A stretch of DNA of 63,826 bases, filler included, from Collodictyon triciliatum (taxonomy: Eukaryota): assembly GCA_043381765.1 (NCBI GenBank). It is 9 parts of 9 records of this genome, joined end to end, with 100 filler letters (N's around TTAATTAATTAA, not from the genome) between each part and the next. Parts side by side here need not be neighbours in the genome. Positions count along the whole stretch, not along the records: positions 1 to 15,347 come from JBHJMP010000676.1; 8 more parts are not named here. The stretch is one strand, 5' to 3'. Of the stretch, positions 1-12,789 are shown in pieces (the stretch's first letter is position 1; the number at the start of each line of letters is the position of its first letter). Made by a program: the position numbers and the translations under genes. The notes beneath the pieces were generated by a model. The model was not told the DNA's origin. It saw nothing but the letters and a program-made list of their open reading frames with translations, and searched no databases.

Positions 1-281
1 AAAAGAATAAGAAAAAGAATAAGAAAAAGAATAAGAAAAAGAATAAGAAAAAGAAAAAGAAAAAGAAAAAGAAAAAGAAAAAGAAAAAGAAAAAGAAAAA
101 GAGAAAAAGAAAAAAAGAAAAGAAAAAAGAAAAGAAAAAAAGAAAAGAAAAAAAGAAAAGAAAAAAAGAAAAGAAAAAAGAAAAGAAAAAAAGAAAAGAA
201 AAAAAGAAAAAAGAAAATAATAAGAAAAAGAAAAAGAAAAAGAAAAAGAAAAAAAGAAAAAGAAAAAGAAAAAAGATAAAC

Positions 282-2347
282 CTGCTCTTGCAATAGTTCG
301 GATTCGATGAATTTCATTTCTTCTCGCAGCTTATCTGATTCATCAGATTTTTTCTGATCGTTGGGCTTTGGCGTGGGTCGCTTCTTTAAAGGGGGCGCGC
401 CAGAAAAGAATGCCAAAGTCGTGCTGATTAAGTCCAGAATTTGGATGCGAATCTTCCAGTGTGCCAAGAAATTATTTTTTTTTATTTATTTATTACGTTG
501 AGTTAATCAATTAACGAATCAATGAATGAATCAATACGATGATAATAATAATTACATGCTCCAAGAGCAATCCTCTCTCGCCACAATGCGCATGAACTTG
601 TCTGACAATTTCAGATAGCGACATATCCCATATATTTGCTTCTTCTTGAGTGAAGCGAATAAAATCATCGACATCACCTTGTTCGCATTTCTTTAAACCC
701 TTCCTTTGTTGTTAAGCACACATTTACTGAATTTTCAAAATAAATATACATAGTGAACTGAATATATTATTTACAATACTTCCCACGAGCGGTTTTATCA
801 CGAATTGAAGAAAATATGAAAAGAAAAACGAGGGATGGAAAAAAAAAAAGGACCAACTTATGGAGAATGCGCCGCGATTCTATGGACACAGAGAGGTCGC
901 AAACCATCTGGTTAAGGGCATCGGCCAAGTGAACAACCTCCACGCGGCTAGAGGGAGCCGCACTTGGAAACAAAGGTTTTTCGATTATTCTTTTTCGCGT
1001 ATTCACTTTTGTCTATACAGTTAAACTCGTCAAAATTCACCACAATATTTTAGTTAATATTCATTTAAATGTAAGGAACCAAAAAGAAAAATAAAAGGTT
1101 CTCAAATCGACCAGCAAACCAAGATTCAAAGACAAACATAAGATGGGTCATCTGTTGGCCTCAGGAATATGGACGATTCTACGGCAGAATATTTTGATGG
1201 GAATATGGACTCCGGAGGCCTCATGATATCATCGAGATGCAGCGCTGTAGCCACTCGTGACATCGTCGAGCCTGACTCAGGTGACCCACTCTTTGTTGAA
1301 AATAAGGCCGCCGCATTTGGGCCTTTGACTACAGAGCGAATGAACCCAGCAAGTTTGTTCATGCTATCAAGAATGTGAAAATCCACTTGTTCACAAACTG
1401 TAGATATGGGGAGAAGCTGCTGTGTTTCGGGATGAATCCACGAGCGCCGATCCGAACTCCCGAACTCCACTGGTACATGCTTTTCGTTGTAGTCACTTTG
1501 GGGATGCGCTTTTGAAGGAGGCGATAAAGAATTGAGCGTGTTCGTCAGACGAGCAGAGACCGGGGCAGATCGCGGCGTGCTTTCCTCTCTGATGAATTCC
1601 AGCAGTGAAAGACGAGGCTCGTTTGGGGAGCGCAGGTCTGTATGGCATGCAAGTAATCATTTCGAGCAATTTTGATGAGTAACTCGTTTCATCTTGGCTT
1701 CGTTTTCTGTTTCTTGTTTTGTTATTTGTTGCAACTTGGTAGATGTTATCGAAGTGTAGCAAAGGCTACTGACAGAAAATGAAGAAAAAAAACAATATAA
1801 ACCAATAAAACATAAACATAACCATAAACAATAAAAACAATAAAAACAATAAAAACAATAAAAACAATAAAAACAATAAAAACAATAAAAACAATAAAAA
1901 CAATAAAAACAATAAAAACAATAAAAACAATAAAAACNNNNNNNNNNNNNNNNNNNNNNNNNNNNNNNNNNNNNNNNNNNNNNNNNNNNNNNNNNNNNNN
2001 NNNNNNNNNNNNNNNNNNNNNNNNNNNNNNNNNNNNNAAAAACAATAAAAACAATAAAAACAATAAAAACAATAAAAACAATAAAAACAATAAAAACAAT
2101 AAAAACAATAAAAACAATAAAAACAATAAAAACAATAAAAATAAAAATAAAAAAACCCACTGGTTGAGTCTGCCTGTGAGGCTGTTTTGATCCTGCGTGG
2201 ACTATCGTGCAAGTGGGACACATCACGCAGTCGCGGTGAAGGACGATTCGGAGTGCGCAGTGATTGGGACGGCGGCTGCGGCTGTGACGAGTGATTTGGC
2301 GTCGGTGGATGAATGGGCGGAAGCGAAGTGGTTGGCTTTGAAGACAT
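282..2347 (-). CDS. Axonemal dynein light chain domain-containing protein (AXDND1-like), multi-exon, 3'-partial
   Basis: GT-AG exons join in frame from MSSKPTTSLPP (2347). They include LFPSAAPSSRVEVVHLADALNQM and EEANIWDMSLSEIVRQVHAHCGERGLLLEH|IRIQIL, matching the Ax_dynein_light motif (ELIRQVxxxCxERGxLL) and the upstream LFPS..P..R.EV..L block of AXDND1. Confidence 0.75.
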
Positions 2348-2750
2348 TGCAACACCTGCCTCTTACATACATATATTATGCTTTCCGTTTTGTTTTTCTT
2401 GTTGTGGGAGGACAAAGAGCAAGAAAACCAAATGCTGTTAAAGAGTTGAGAGGAGGGAATCAAAGCGCAGAGACACACACAAATGCATCTGCAGAGCGCA
2501 TCCTCTGTTGCTGCTTTGAAATGTCAAAAGAAAGTTGTTTGCGAGTGTGGATTGTTTTGTTGCTCACTTCTTTATTTTTATCTGTTTAATTTTTTTTCTT
2601 TTTTGGGACAGAACGTTTTGTCCGCACAGCAGAAGGATTACAGTGACATTGAAAAGTATGATTGTCATCATCATGATAACAAAAAGAAAAGATACGACCA
2701 CGCTTTTGGGGGTGTGGAAGCCAATTTCAACAATGATTAGGCTGGGTTTA

Positions 2751-4335
2751 TCAATCCGTAGAGTTTTGCGCCGGAGCCGGCTTCATGGTCCGCGGCTTTG
2801 AATCTGAAAAGAGTCTGGACATGAGCGAATCGAGCCGCGCGTTTGCGTTGGAAGGTGAGGACGGGGATGGCCTCCGGGAATTCAGGGCGGCCTTCAGCTA
2901 TTTGGGGGGTGTGTGTGTTCCTCGTCATTTATTCATCGCGATTATCTTACAAAATAACAGATAATAAAAAATGACAATAAAAAATGACAATAAAAAATGA
3001 CAATAAAAAATGACAATAAAAAATGACAATAAAAAATGACAATAAAAGAATAAAGACACTCCAAGAAAATCATACCTTCGCATCCACCCTTTCTCGTGTA
3101 CGAGGACTGATGATATCTGATGGAGAGGATATGCTAGATTTTTTACATTATATATTTAGAAATCGAATGAAATAGAAAATATTTACATCCTCACTAATAC
3201 TGTTTTCCGTGGCCGAGAAAAAGACCAAAGAATAAATGAACGGTGGAAAGACCTGTCTGAAAACATCTTCAATCTGCTTGGCGGCGTGACAGGTGTTTCT
3301 GGGTCCATCGATTTCTGTTCTGCGAATTCATCAGCTTCTTCGCTATTTCTTCTTTGCAACGGAGTTGCTGCAGCAGATTCATTTGCGATGGGACTTAGAC
3401 GAACTCGGCTCAGCGCGCGATTGAGCAACTCATCTCTTCCACGAGTCTACATAAAATCATTTTGATGGGTGAGCAGGAAAAATTAGAGACAAAATAAAAA
3501 AATCAAGCGTAAAATTAAATAAATTCTTCCACAGGCACGGGTAAGTGCCAAGAACAAAACTAACAGCCAAATGTTCGGGATTGAATGAATGAGGAGAAAG
3601 AAATTATCGCCACCTTTGTGGGTGTTTCCAGCAGCTTTTCTGAATCTGTCTTGGCCAGAGAGGGATTCTAATAAAAAAAAAAAAACATATACAAAGATTT
3701 ATGATAAAACAGAGCGAGTTCAACTTTATCAACCATGAATCCAGTTTTTAACATGAAGAAAATAAGGAACAAAGACAGCGAACTTGGTCTATGGTATTGT
3801 GTAATTTTACTTGACAGGGAGATTCATGCACCAAAGTTTCAGTTTCTACATATGATGATTCGACAGAAGCATGTTTTCCGTCAGAGATACCAAAATCCTC
3901 AAAGGTGGAGCTTATAGTTGGCAAAACAACAAAATCATCCTGACTCTTCTCTTTATCGGTGCTTTCCAGCTGAAATGACCACGCTGGCCTCTTTTTTACA
4001 TAAGGACAGTCTCTACCAAGAGAAGGTGGATGGTTGATGGCTATTTCTGGTATTATATCTGATGGCTCTGACTCTGTGATTGATTCTTCGAAACGGGCAA
4101 AATCGTCGTCTGTTGTTACTGTGCTGTGTGTTTCTGAGCCTACCGTAGCGTTTCAAAGGAGTTCAGCAAAAAAAAAAAAAAAAAAGCAGGGAAAATTAAA
4201 TAATCTTTTTATTTAATTAAAAAAACGCTATNNNNNNNNNNNNNNNNNNNNNNNNNNNNNNNNNNNNNNNNNNNNNNNNNNNNNNNNNNNNNNNNNNNNN
4301 NNNNNNNNNNNNNNNNNNNNNNNNNNNNNNNAAAG

Positions 4336-4398
<63 letters not shown>

Positions 4399-6508
4399 GC
4401 AGGGAAAATTAAACAATCATCTCATTGAATTAAAAAACCGCTTACTTAGTACATTAAAAATGTCGTCAGAATCGCTGGATTCATTTCTTTTATCTGAAAC
4501 TGCGGGTATGACTGTGTTTGTGACACCAATATGAGTTGGAGAGACAGAAAAGGTCTGCATATCTGATTCTACCAGACTATCTCGACTATCCCCCCTTAAA
4601 TCTTTGACTGATTGCATCATGTCATCAGGTATGGCCATGAAATGTTCCAACTCCATGTCACAATCATGGGCAAAACTGGCAACTAAGGAGCTTGATAAGG
4701 TAGCTTTTTGTCTGGAGTGATTCACCTCCTCAGATGTGATTTCAACTAAAGGTCTAGCAGCTTCCTCATCTTGCAAAATCAGGTTTGTTGTTCCACCGGA
4801 CCATGAAGAATTGGATGTGTGTGTTGAATCTCTTTGCGAAGCAGAAAGGTTGGATGCTTTCTTGGCTGGCATGTATTTTGTCGAGGGAAGTTTGGACTGT
4901 AATTGTGTTGAGGAGGGTGAATTAGACGCAGAAATGCTCTCTCTTCTTGGTAGAACAGGTAAGCTATTTGCAGGTTTAGGTAGGGCCACTCTCGGACTAG
5001 TTTTTGGCGTTTTCAAAATGAACGTGCTTGAGCATAACTTGGGAATTGAGCTTTGCAGAGATGTCCCCAGTGACTTTGCCGTATCTACAAGAGAAGATTT
5101 TGACTTTTCTACATTTTTTTGGAGTTGTTTGGATGCTTCAGGAGATGGCTTGGGATGTGAATAGGAAGGAATTCTAGAAACACGTGATGATGCCCTTTCT
5201 GGGGTCTTTTTCTGGATTTTATCCATATTTTCGATGAGCAGTATTGCTTCTGTTTTGGATTGAGAATTTGCTTCAGAGATGGCAACATCCTTTCTCGATG
5301 AATTAATTATATGAAAAGGGAAGGAATTTTGATGCTTTGAAGAACTGGCATTTTCAATATTCACATGAGAAGGGATAAGCGAGTCGTTTTTTGTTTGTGT
5401 GCCTGATAGCTCGATAGTAATAGATGTGTTAGATACTGTTTTTGAAAATGAATTGGTTGATGGGCCATCATTTTCACTTTTTTGCGAGCGAGTCTCCACT
5501 CGTTCAGTGGTATTCTTTGTTGGCTTCAGAGATTTCGGAGTATTCGAAGTGATGTTTTGCTGAACAGCTTTCTGAGTGGCAGTAGAGCCTTGTCCTGGCA
5601 GATTTTCTTTTGCTTGAGAGCTTTTTAACAGGGAGCTTTTTGTGGGAGCCATGTAAGAAGACGTTCTGCAATCAATACTTGATTAACACTTCATAATGTT
5701 AGAAAATGTAATTTCCGTGTGGAATTACATATCAAATGACTAGTAGAACTACTCAATTATGGAAGGAGATTGTATTTCTTCAAATTTCATTAATCTATAT
5801 CCCTAAGAGATAAAAATAAACATATTATGTAATGACGGATGTCTACAAAATTCATCACTACCGCGGTCCTTGGGACACTTTCTTCGGTTGAGATACATAC
5901 TCTTCTATTGCCTGCGATGGCAAATCACCATGATAAACGAGTAAATTAACAAATCTTCCCATAGTAAGTTAAGCTGATATATAATATGTAGAGCAAAGAT
6001 ATCGCCTTCTCACAATAGTATTTTAATATCAAGGAGCAAATACTCAATCGTATGTTAAAAAAAAAGAAAGAAAGAAGGATACAGTGTTGACAGAGGGCAG
6101 AGTTTATGTCTGATAAAATATTCAGCGTCAGATAGAAATAGGATAAAAAAGGATAAAATTACAGGATAAAGGAACAGGAGAGACCAACGAGCAACAAACA
6201 GAAGGAATTCAAAACAAAGCAAAAGTATGTTATCAAGCAACAGTGGCATAATACCTCTTCTCCTTCTTTTAATCGCCGCACAAAATCCTTCACTCCATTC
6301 TCCAGCTGCCTTCTCAGCTGAATCCGTTCTTTGTTGGCTTGTTGCAGCTCGGAGTACCGCTGCAGGGCTTTGTTCATCGGCTTACTGGATCTACACACAA
6401 CAACGCGCCTTTATCTTTTTGGCTGCTTGATCTGTCCTTTCCTGCGCTTTTTCGTGTTCGTGTTGAGCAAGAAGTCAAAGCAAACCCATTTTTTGCAGCG
6501 TTGCTCAT
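2751..6508 (-). CDS. Ser/Thr/Lys-rich low-complexity protein with N-terminal coiled coil, multi-exon, function unknown
   Basis: MSNAAKNG|SSKPMNKALQRYSELQQANKERIQLRR, a 1.2-kb open exon (4417-5652 ORF), and a terminal exon LKAALNSRRPSP...NSTD* with canonical splice sites. Not every internal exon was traced. Confidence 0.6.
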
Positions 6509-6837
6509 GATCGCTTTGTGTTTCTAGGCCTGCTCACAAACGCTTTGCGTCGGTTTGTAAAGGACCTTCTCGAGACAACACCCGTGCAGGTTTGAGTTTG
6601 GTACTCAGCAGCAAGGACAAGCGAGCCGCAGAGAAGAAGGCGGGAAGTTCAATGGCTGGAAAGTCGCACATAACTTAAGATAATGTAGCGACATCAACTT
6701 GGTCGAAAACACCCGGCAGGCTTTGCAAGCGATAGCAGGGACATAAATGAATAAATGAGATAAAAAAAAAGTTTGTTGTTTATTCCAGCTTATTTTATTT
6801 TTACTACCTTACGCTTTCTTTCTTTCATCGCTCCAGC

Positions 6838-7700
6838 ATGAAACACACTCGACAAATCTGACCGTTCTTTGAAATGTCAGTTAGTGGCGTATGGTTCGCG
6901 CAACGCGCTGCGCAGTCACAAAGAAACATGCAAGAGAATACATGGCAGCCTAAAACGATGAAGCTCTCGAGATAGATACTTGGGAAATAAACTCTGCATG
7001 GTCGGAATATGCACAAAGAAAAGGATACAGGTGACGATAATCAACAGAGACATGCGGTTGTAGCGGTTCTATGCAGGAGATAGATACTCAAACCCAATCC
7101 TCGTTTCAGAGAGATTATTCCTGGCCACTGCATAAGCCTTGATATCCAAATCTATGAAGCTGACACCTGTATAATGGCAACATACATGACGCTCCAAACA
7201 GCAGGTTTAAATGGTAGATGATTGCTCCCTCCTTTTTAATCAGCAAGAGATAGCAAGGATTGGCTTTGGTTCACTAGCCCTCATTCGCATGGTCGGTGCT
7301 TGGTGGTATTGTAGCTGAAAAAAAGACGACCATGAGGACTTGCATCATGCAGTTTGTCCTGTTGCCTGGGTCTTGTGCTTGCGTGAGAGGTAAGACAACA
7401 TTTAAACTCTTTCTCAGCCAATCTCCATATGTCTCTTTTAACAGGGTCAGACTAATGGAGAACGTGGAGGTGGTGAAGGGGGACTTTAAGGAAAACGATT
7501 TGTACGATGCCATCCAGTCTATTATCAGCAATGGGTGCCTGATGGTTGATATTACGAGCCCCTTGTTCAACACCGTGCAAAAAATACCGATCGCTCAAAC
7601 AGACATGCATGTCTCTAATTAGATATGCGGGCGATTCGCTACACGATGAAAGGCACAGTCTTTTAATTGAAATATCGGTCATCTCAGACTGATGATAGAA
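6838..7700 (+). pseudogene. Possible decayed coding sequence
   Basis: Coding-like GC content and protein-like stretches (7296-7622 ORF), but repeated in-frame stops and frame changes with no evident AT-rich introns. Confidence 0.25.
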
Positions 7701-7738
7701 TGGTAAATGCGGTGGGCTGGTTGGGCGCTTCCTTGAAT

Positions 7739-7790
7739 AAATCTCGATAAGAATTGAATCGAATAAAGGAAAAAAAATCTTGATAAGAAT
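7739..7790 (+). mobile_element. Micro-insert family A, copy 1, with 16-bp TSD
   Basis: AAATCTCGATAAGAAT (7739-7754), insert TGAATCGAATAAAGGAAAAA, then AAATCTTGATAAGAAT (7775-7790). One mismatch between the repeats. Confidence 0.8.
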
Positions 7791-8292
7791 GTTCCTTTGA
7801 TTTATTAGTTAAAACAAAATATTTAAGATGTTAACCGAAGAGAAGAATTGAGATAAGAGAGTCGAAAGTCACGCACTTAAGTATTAAAGCGGGAATGCAT
7901 TTATTTGATTTGCTTTAACTGATTAAACAAGACTGTCACAGTATGATGTGTTGCGTGTTTGGGTAAGCTGGAATGAAAGCTTTGTGAAAGTGGCAGCTGT
8001 AGTATTCTCTCCGTGGTAAAAAGAATGACATTTCAATAGTCCTGATGCGAAGTATTGTGAAGCGAAAAGGAAATTTTTGATTAGGTTGTTTTCTACTACA
8101 TTCATGCACTTTAAGTATATTATTGAATAGAGAAACAGAAAGGAAAAAACAAAAAAAAATGCTAATAAATTGTTTCGTATTCTTAATGAAATAGACAAAA
8201 GACCTTAAGTCTAAACATGTCTGCTTGTGTGAGTCGAATGCATCCAGAATAAAGAGAGTTGACGGGGATTTCAGAACAAAGAAAAGCACCTA

Positions 8293-10503
8293 TCATGTGA
8301 ACGGAAGGAACAAGTGAACCGCTGGATGAACAAGCACATGACCAGGCTTCGACTTTGCGAGGGTGCCGTGGACCGAATTCCACACTGTACGAACGAGACT
8401 GAGTCGCTCTATATGATGCTGCATTTTGACATATACGACAGCCATGTGTTTTGGAGATAAACACTCGCGCGGGTGGTTGAGAAACTCTTCCCACAGCAGC
8501 TGCTCTTTGGTCAGGCTTTCCTGCAGCCTCTGCATTTGGTGTGGTATGTGCATAATAAGTTCCATGCTATCCAATCCTTCGTGAAATGGCACACAAAGGA
8601 GATTGCGAATCTTGGTATTTGTTGTGTCTCGCGTGAGCCGCAGTCGCGCTATTGAGTCCAGTGTTTTCTCAAGTCGCTGCATCAAGTTTGCAATCTCCAA
8701 CTCAGGCAGTCCGATTTCGTTGAGAGATTTTTTCCAAAAGAACAGCGCGTGGTTGTGTACAGCTCTTGACAAAGGACATTGCGCTTCCACTCGTTCACTT
8801 TCCGAGCTCTCTTGTTCATGAGGTTGGTCAGTGCGAATCACGGTCACATCCGCTTCTTCCTCCAATTTCTGCGGTGGTTCAGTTTCTTGATGATTTATGC
8901 GGCCTCCAGCTTCGTGTGGTAGCGGGCCTGCTGTTGAGGTTTGTGAAAGGATACAAGGGAATCGACAGGCTTCGGTGCTTGTGTCATAGCTAGGAACCAT
9001 ATCAGCCCAGCAGACTTGCAAAAGTTCCATGCGATTCCTATGGACCTCCTCAAGTAATGATGCCAGGACTGCGGAGGAGGCTGAATCTCCTGCCTTGAGC
9101 TCCTGTAGCTTTGAGACCAGCCTTTCCCACTCGTCGTATAATTCTTGCAAAATAACGCTCGATGTTTCAGAGTCAGAGGACTTTTCGTCATCTTTACCAG
9201 CGTTTTCCTGGGTGTTGGTATGATCTGAAGTTACATGAATGTCTTCTGGGTTTGCTCGGCTCTTTTTCTTGCTAGTTTCTTTTTTGTCTTTGGCTTCGGA
9301 CTCGAGCTTTTGTTGCATTTCTTTCAGAGATTGACGGAGCGATTCGATCTCAAGAGTCTTATCAAACAGCTGGGACTCGAGGTCGGTTACATACTCTTTC
9401 TTTTTCATTCTGTACTTCCGTGACGAATCTCGAAACTGCTGTGCCCTGATTGTTGGTTGGTGGTTTATTGTATGGTTCAGTTGCAAAAATTGCATGGATA
9501 AACATATCTCCTCTTTATTGATATTCAGCATAACAAAAGGGTACCAGACATAATATTAAAATACGGTCCCGAGTGGCTGTAGTATAAGTTTGTATGATTT
9601 TCAAGAATCATCTCACCTTTTGATTCTCCTTACGTCAGAAATCCTGGATTCCTTGTGGTTGAAGGTGAATCTCATTTGCAAGTTTCCGGGGCTGGAGGAA
9701 TTACAATCAAAATCTGAGCTCTCTGATGTTCCACTTCGCCCGCCGGCATTTGATTCATCTACAGAAGGATATCGCTGAGTGGCTTTGCATGATGCACAGA
9801 GGTGGATGACTGCGCTATTATAATTCAAGTAAAAAATGAACAAACACAAAGGGTTTATTTGCAAGTCTGCAAACTATAATGATATGTTTTTTTTATCTTT
9901 TCAGATTAGAAGAGTTCACAATAAAACTATACTGCACAATGGCTTTACACTTGGTTGCAACATGCTTGATTCAGGACCATGATTGGCTTGCTTGAAATTG
10001 TCCTTCAATAGCGACTTCATTTGCTGATGAAACAAATACTCATGCCCCTTTGGCAAGGCACGAACAATTGGCTCACTGCTCTGTTTTTCACTCTGACCGG
10101 CACCCTGGTGGGCGCTTTGTGGATGGGGTGAATAGTGCGATGTGGGCGGAATCGCCATCGGTTGTAGCGGAAGCGTGTGTGGTATAAAGTAATATGGCTG
10201 CGAATCCGCGGGGAATTGGGAGGGAGGGTAAGGCAATGACAGCGGCAGGGTTGTTTGAAGGGGCAGCTGCATGTGCATTTGCGGATGGACTCGGGTGTTT
10301 GTCGCTGTATTCCCCGCGAATAGAGTTGAATGGCCGAGTCGCATGGCCGCGCTTTCTGCTGTGCTTTGAAGGTGGGTGTGTGTGGGGATAAAAGACTGAA
10401 TGGCAAGGTTATATGCCTGGAATGTCGTGTGTGGCGGTGGTGCGAATGCGTCTGGGGTGGGTTGGCCAGGGTTTGCGCTGGGCTGATGTGAGTGTCCGTT
10501 CAT
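8293..10503 (-). CDS. bZIP transcription factor (atypical basic region) with Pro/Gln/His-rich N-terminus and helical C-terminal domain; 3 exons
   Basis: Spliced basic region DVRRIKR|AQQFRDSSRKYRMKKKEYVTDLESQL followed by a heptad zipper. The C-terminal block LQESLTKEQLLWEEF...CLSPKHMAVVYV resembles DOG1-like domains of TGA/protist bZIPs. Confidence 0.8.
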
Positions 10504-10899
10504 CTTTCCTGTACAATGTTCTTGTTTTTTTTTGTTTTTGTTTGGTTTTTGTTTTTGCTTTTTTTTTTGTTTGGTTTTTTTGATTTGATTTGGTTTTTTT
10601 TTTTGCTTTTTTTGATCGGGGTTGAGATTACTGGCCGTGGCTCGATAGACATCGCAAGTTAATACATATAAATGTACTACTGTAATAATTGCATGATATA
10701 ATATTATACAAAATGTCAAAAGATTGATAGGATAACGAATTATGTAAATATAATTAATATTCCAGATAAAGAGTATTGAATAAAACTTACACATAATAGA
10801 TATATATAGAATCCATAGAAAATATTATTTGATACAAAATTTAGTCTATTATAATAATCATTAATTCTTGCACTATTGTTTCCACAATAGTATAAAACG

Positions 10900-12060
10900 A
10901 AGATAGGCTCCAAACGTGCTGTTTCAGAACTTTCATCGGGTTTGGCTTATTCGCTTGCACTACCTAATCATCTAGCTATAAAATGGCACTGCACTGACAA
11001 ACAGAACCAAGGATGCTGTTGAAGTTCGAATCTCATCGGGTGGTGGAAGTCTAGCGGTGTCCCCTGACAGTTCTAAGTAGCACCTGATTGTTGGTGCAGC
11101 GCAATCGAAATATGGGGCCTTTTTCTACTGGTCCTCCGATTCATTCTTCGGTGGGTCAATCGTCTGGAGGTCCTGGACTGACAATCACCCCTGACAGATC
11201 AAATTTCGTACCACGAAGATTTCACTAAGCCATCAAAACATGGAGGATTTCAGATGGAAGTTTGATTAATGCTGTTGCGATGACACGCGATAGAGCAGTC
11301 TCAGCCTCCACTTCAGTCTCAGTCTTCCATCCCACTTCCCATTGTTAACCAAACTTCTTGGTTTGACAAAAAAATAATCAGAATTTTGGGTATATGGCCG
11401 GTATTGAAGGTGATGTTACTGTCATTTCAATTCATCCCGTATCGACCTGTCTACCCGGACAAATGGGGCGGGGTCATATTCTTATTTGCAAACGAAACGG
11501 TTCGACAGGATTTATGAATGGTCGTCAGATGATAAGAAATCCCCATCGCAAGTGCGACAGCCGATTCGGATTTATATTGGTGTCCAACCGACACTACCTG
11601 AATATTTCTGCACCCAAGCCGAGATTTTCTGGGGTGGATGAGCGAGTCTTTGTATTTTATACATGGCATGATGGCCAAGGCACTTTCGTGAAGAATTCAA
11701 CCATACACTATAGAAAAATCAAAGAATTCTGGATTGATAGTATACATGGGCAATAATAGCGACGTGACTGCTGTCCGAATGCCCATTTGCAATTATTAAG
11801 CGGACTTGACTATCACTGGATGGGCTCATGTTTGCAGCGAGCTAAGCAGTGGGACGTGGCGATAGAGAAGAGCTATCACCTCTGCGAATCTAAAGACCAA
11901 TGACTGATTTGTGCGGTCTGTGTCACTTGAAAGCGACTCAAATAAACGGGCTGTTTCCAACATTCCTACTGATGCTGGTGACCAAGCTGTCTTTACATTT
12001 CAGCACGAGCGTGCATGATGGACTCTATTGCAAACTATCCCAGACAGCAACAGGCTAGGG
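10900..12060 (+). pseudogene. Degenerate WD40-repeat pseudogene, apparently intronless; boundaries approximate
   Basis: Fragments SLAVSPDSSK*, AIEIWGL, GLTITPDRSNFV...*AIKTWRISDGSLI and DVTVISIHP lie in shifting frames with stops. Confidence 0.45.
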
Positions 12061-12499
12061 TTTGGATGGTTCCTCGAGTTCCAGTTGTAGCAAAGCCATA
12101 TGTAGATAAAGTTGTCTATATTCAAATTAGAGGATTGAAATTTAATTAACGCCGTTATTATTATTGTTATTATTAATATAATTAAATTATATCATCTGCA
12201 CATACCATATCCAAGACCTGTCTAGTATTGCCTAGTTGTTAGATTTAAGAAGTATTCTAGGCTCTGTTCACATATTGACATAGTGGCGATAACTGGGTCG
12301 AATATTACGCAGCGGAATCCCTGGTGGCTGACAGCTCAGACGGCAACAGATTTGACATTTCTGTCGATGGGAGTACATTCTTAGTCTGCTCCTTTCGACC
12401 CCAGAGGCAACCCAGACATAAGTGTTTGCTTCATCACGAAGAAGAGCAACATCCCTCATTCTGCCATTGGTGTCCCCAAGCAATTGCACAAATCTAAAG

Positions 12500-12576
12500 A
12501 ATAAAACCGAATAAAACCGAATAAAACCGAATAAAACCGAATAAAACCGAATAAAACCGAATAAAACCGAATAAAA
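12500..12576. repeat. 10-bp tandem repeat (ATAAAACCGA)n
   Basis: Directly visible, about 7 copies. Confidence 0.95.
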
Positions 12577-12789
12577 CAGCGGTTTCGCCAAGTTGTTTAG
12601 GTGTCTCAAGCAACGAAAGAGTATATATTACAAGCTGGCCAAATGACACCTACCTTTGACGCAAAACGTGAACAAAGCGGGGTTTCTGTTTTTGTTTCGT
12701 AACTTTAACACTTCCTGGAATCATAAACCGCAAACGCGACCAGAGCTTTGCTACTTGCTATTGAAACAAAAGTCTGTGGCAGAGAAAAC

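Noticed and set aside
3152-3186. Degenerate family A-like sequence (GAAATCGAATGAAATAGAAA) between 7-bp repeats; similar weak match near 46906
   Set aside because: Too many mismatches and too short a flanking repeat to distinguish from AT-rich background.
4166-4445. Near-duplicate sequence on both sides of the N gap (poly-A, GCAGGGAAAATTAAA...)
   Set aside because: Most simply an unmerged low-quality overlap across a homopolymer gap.
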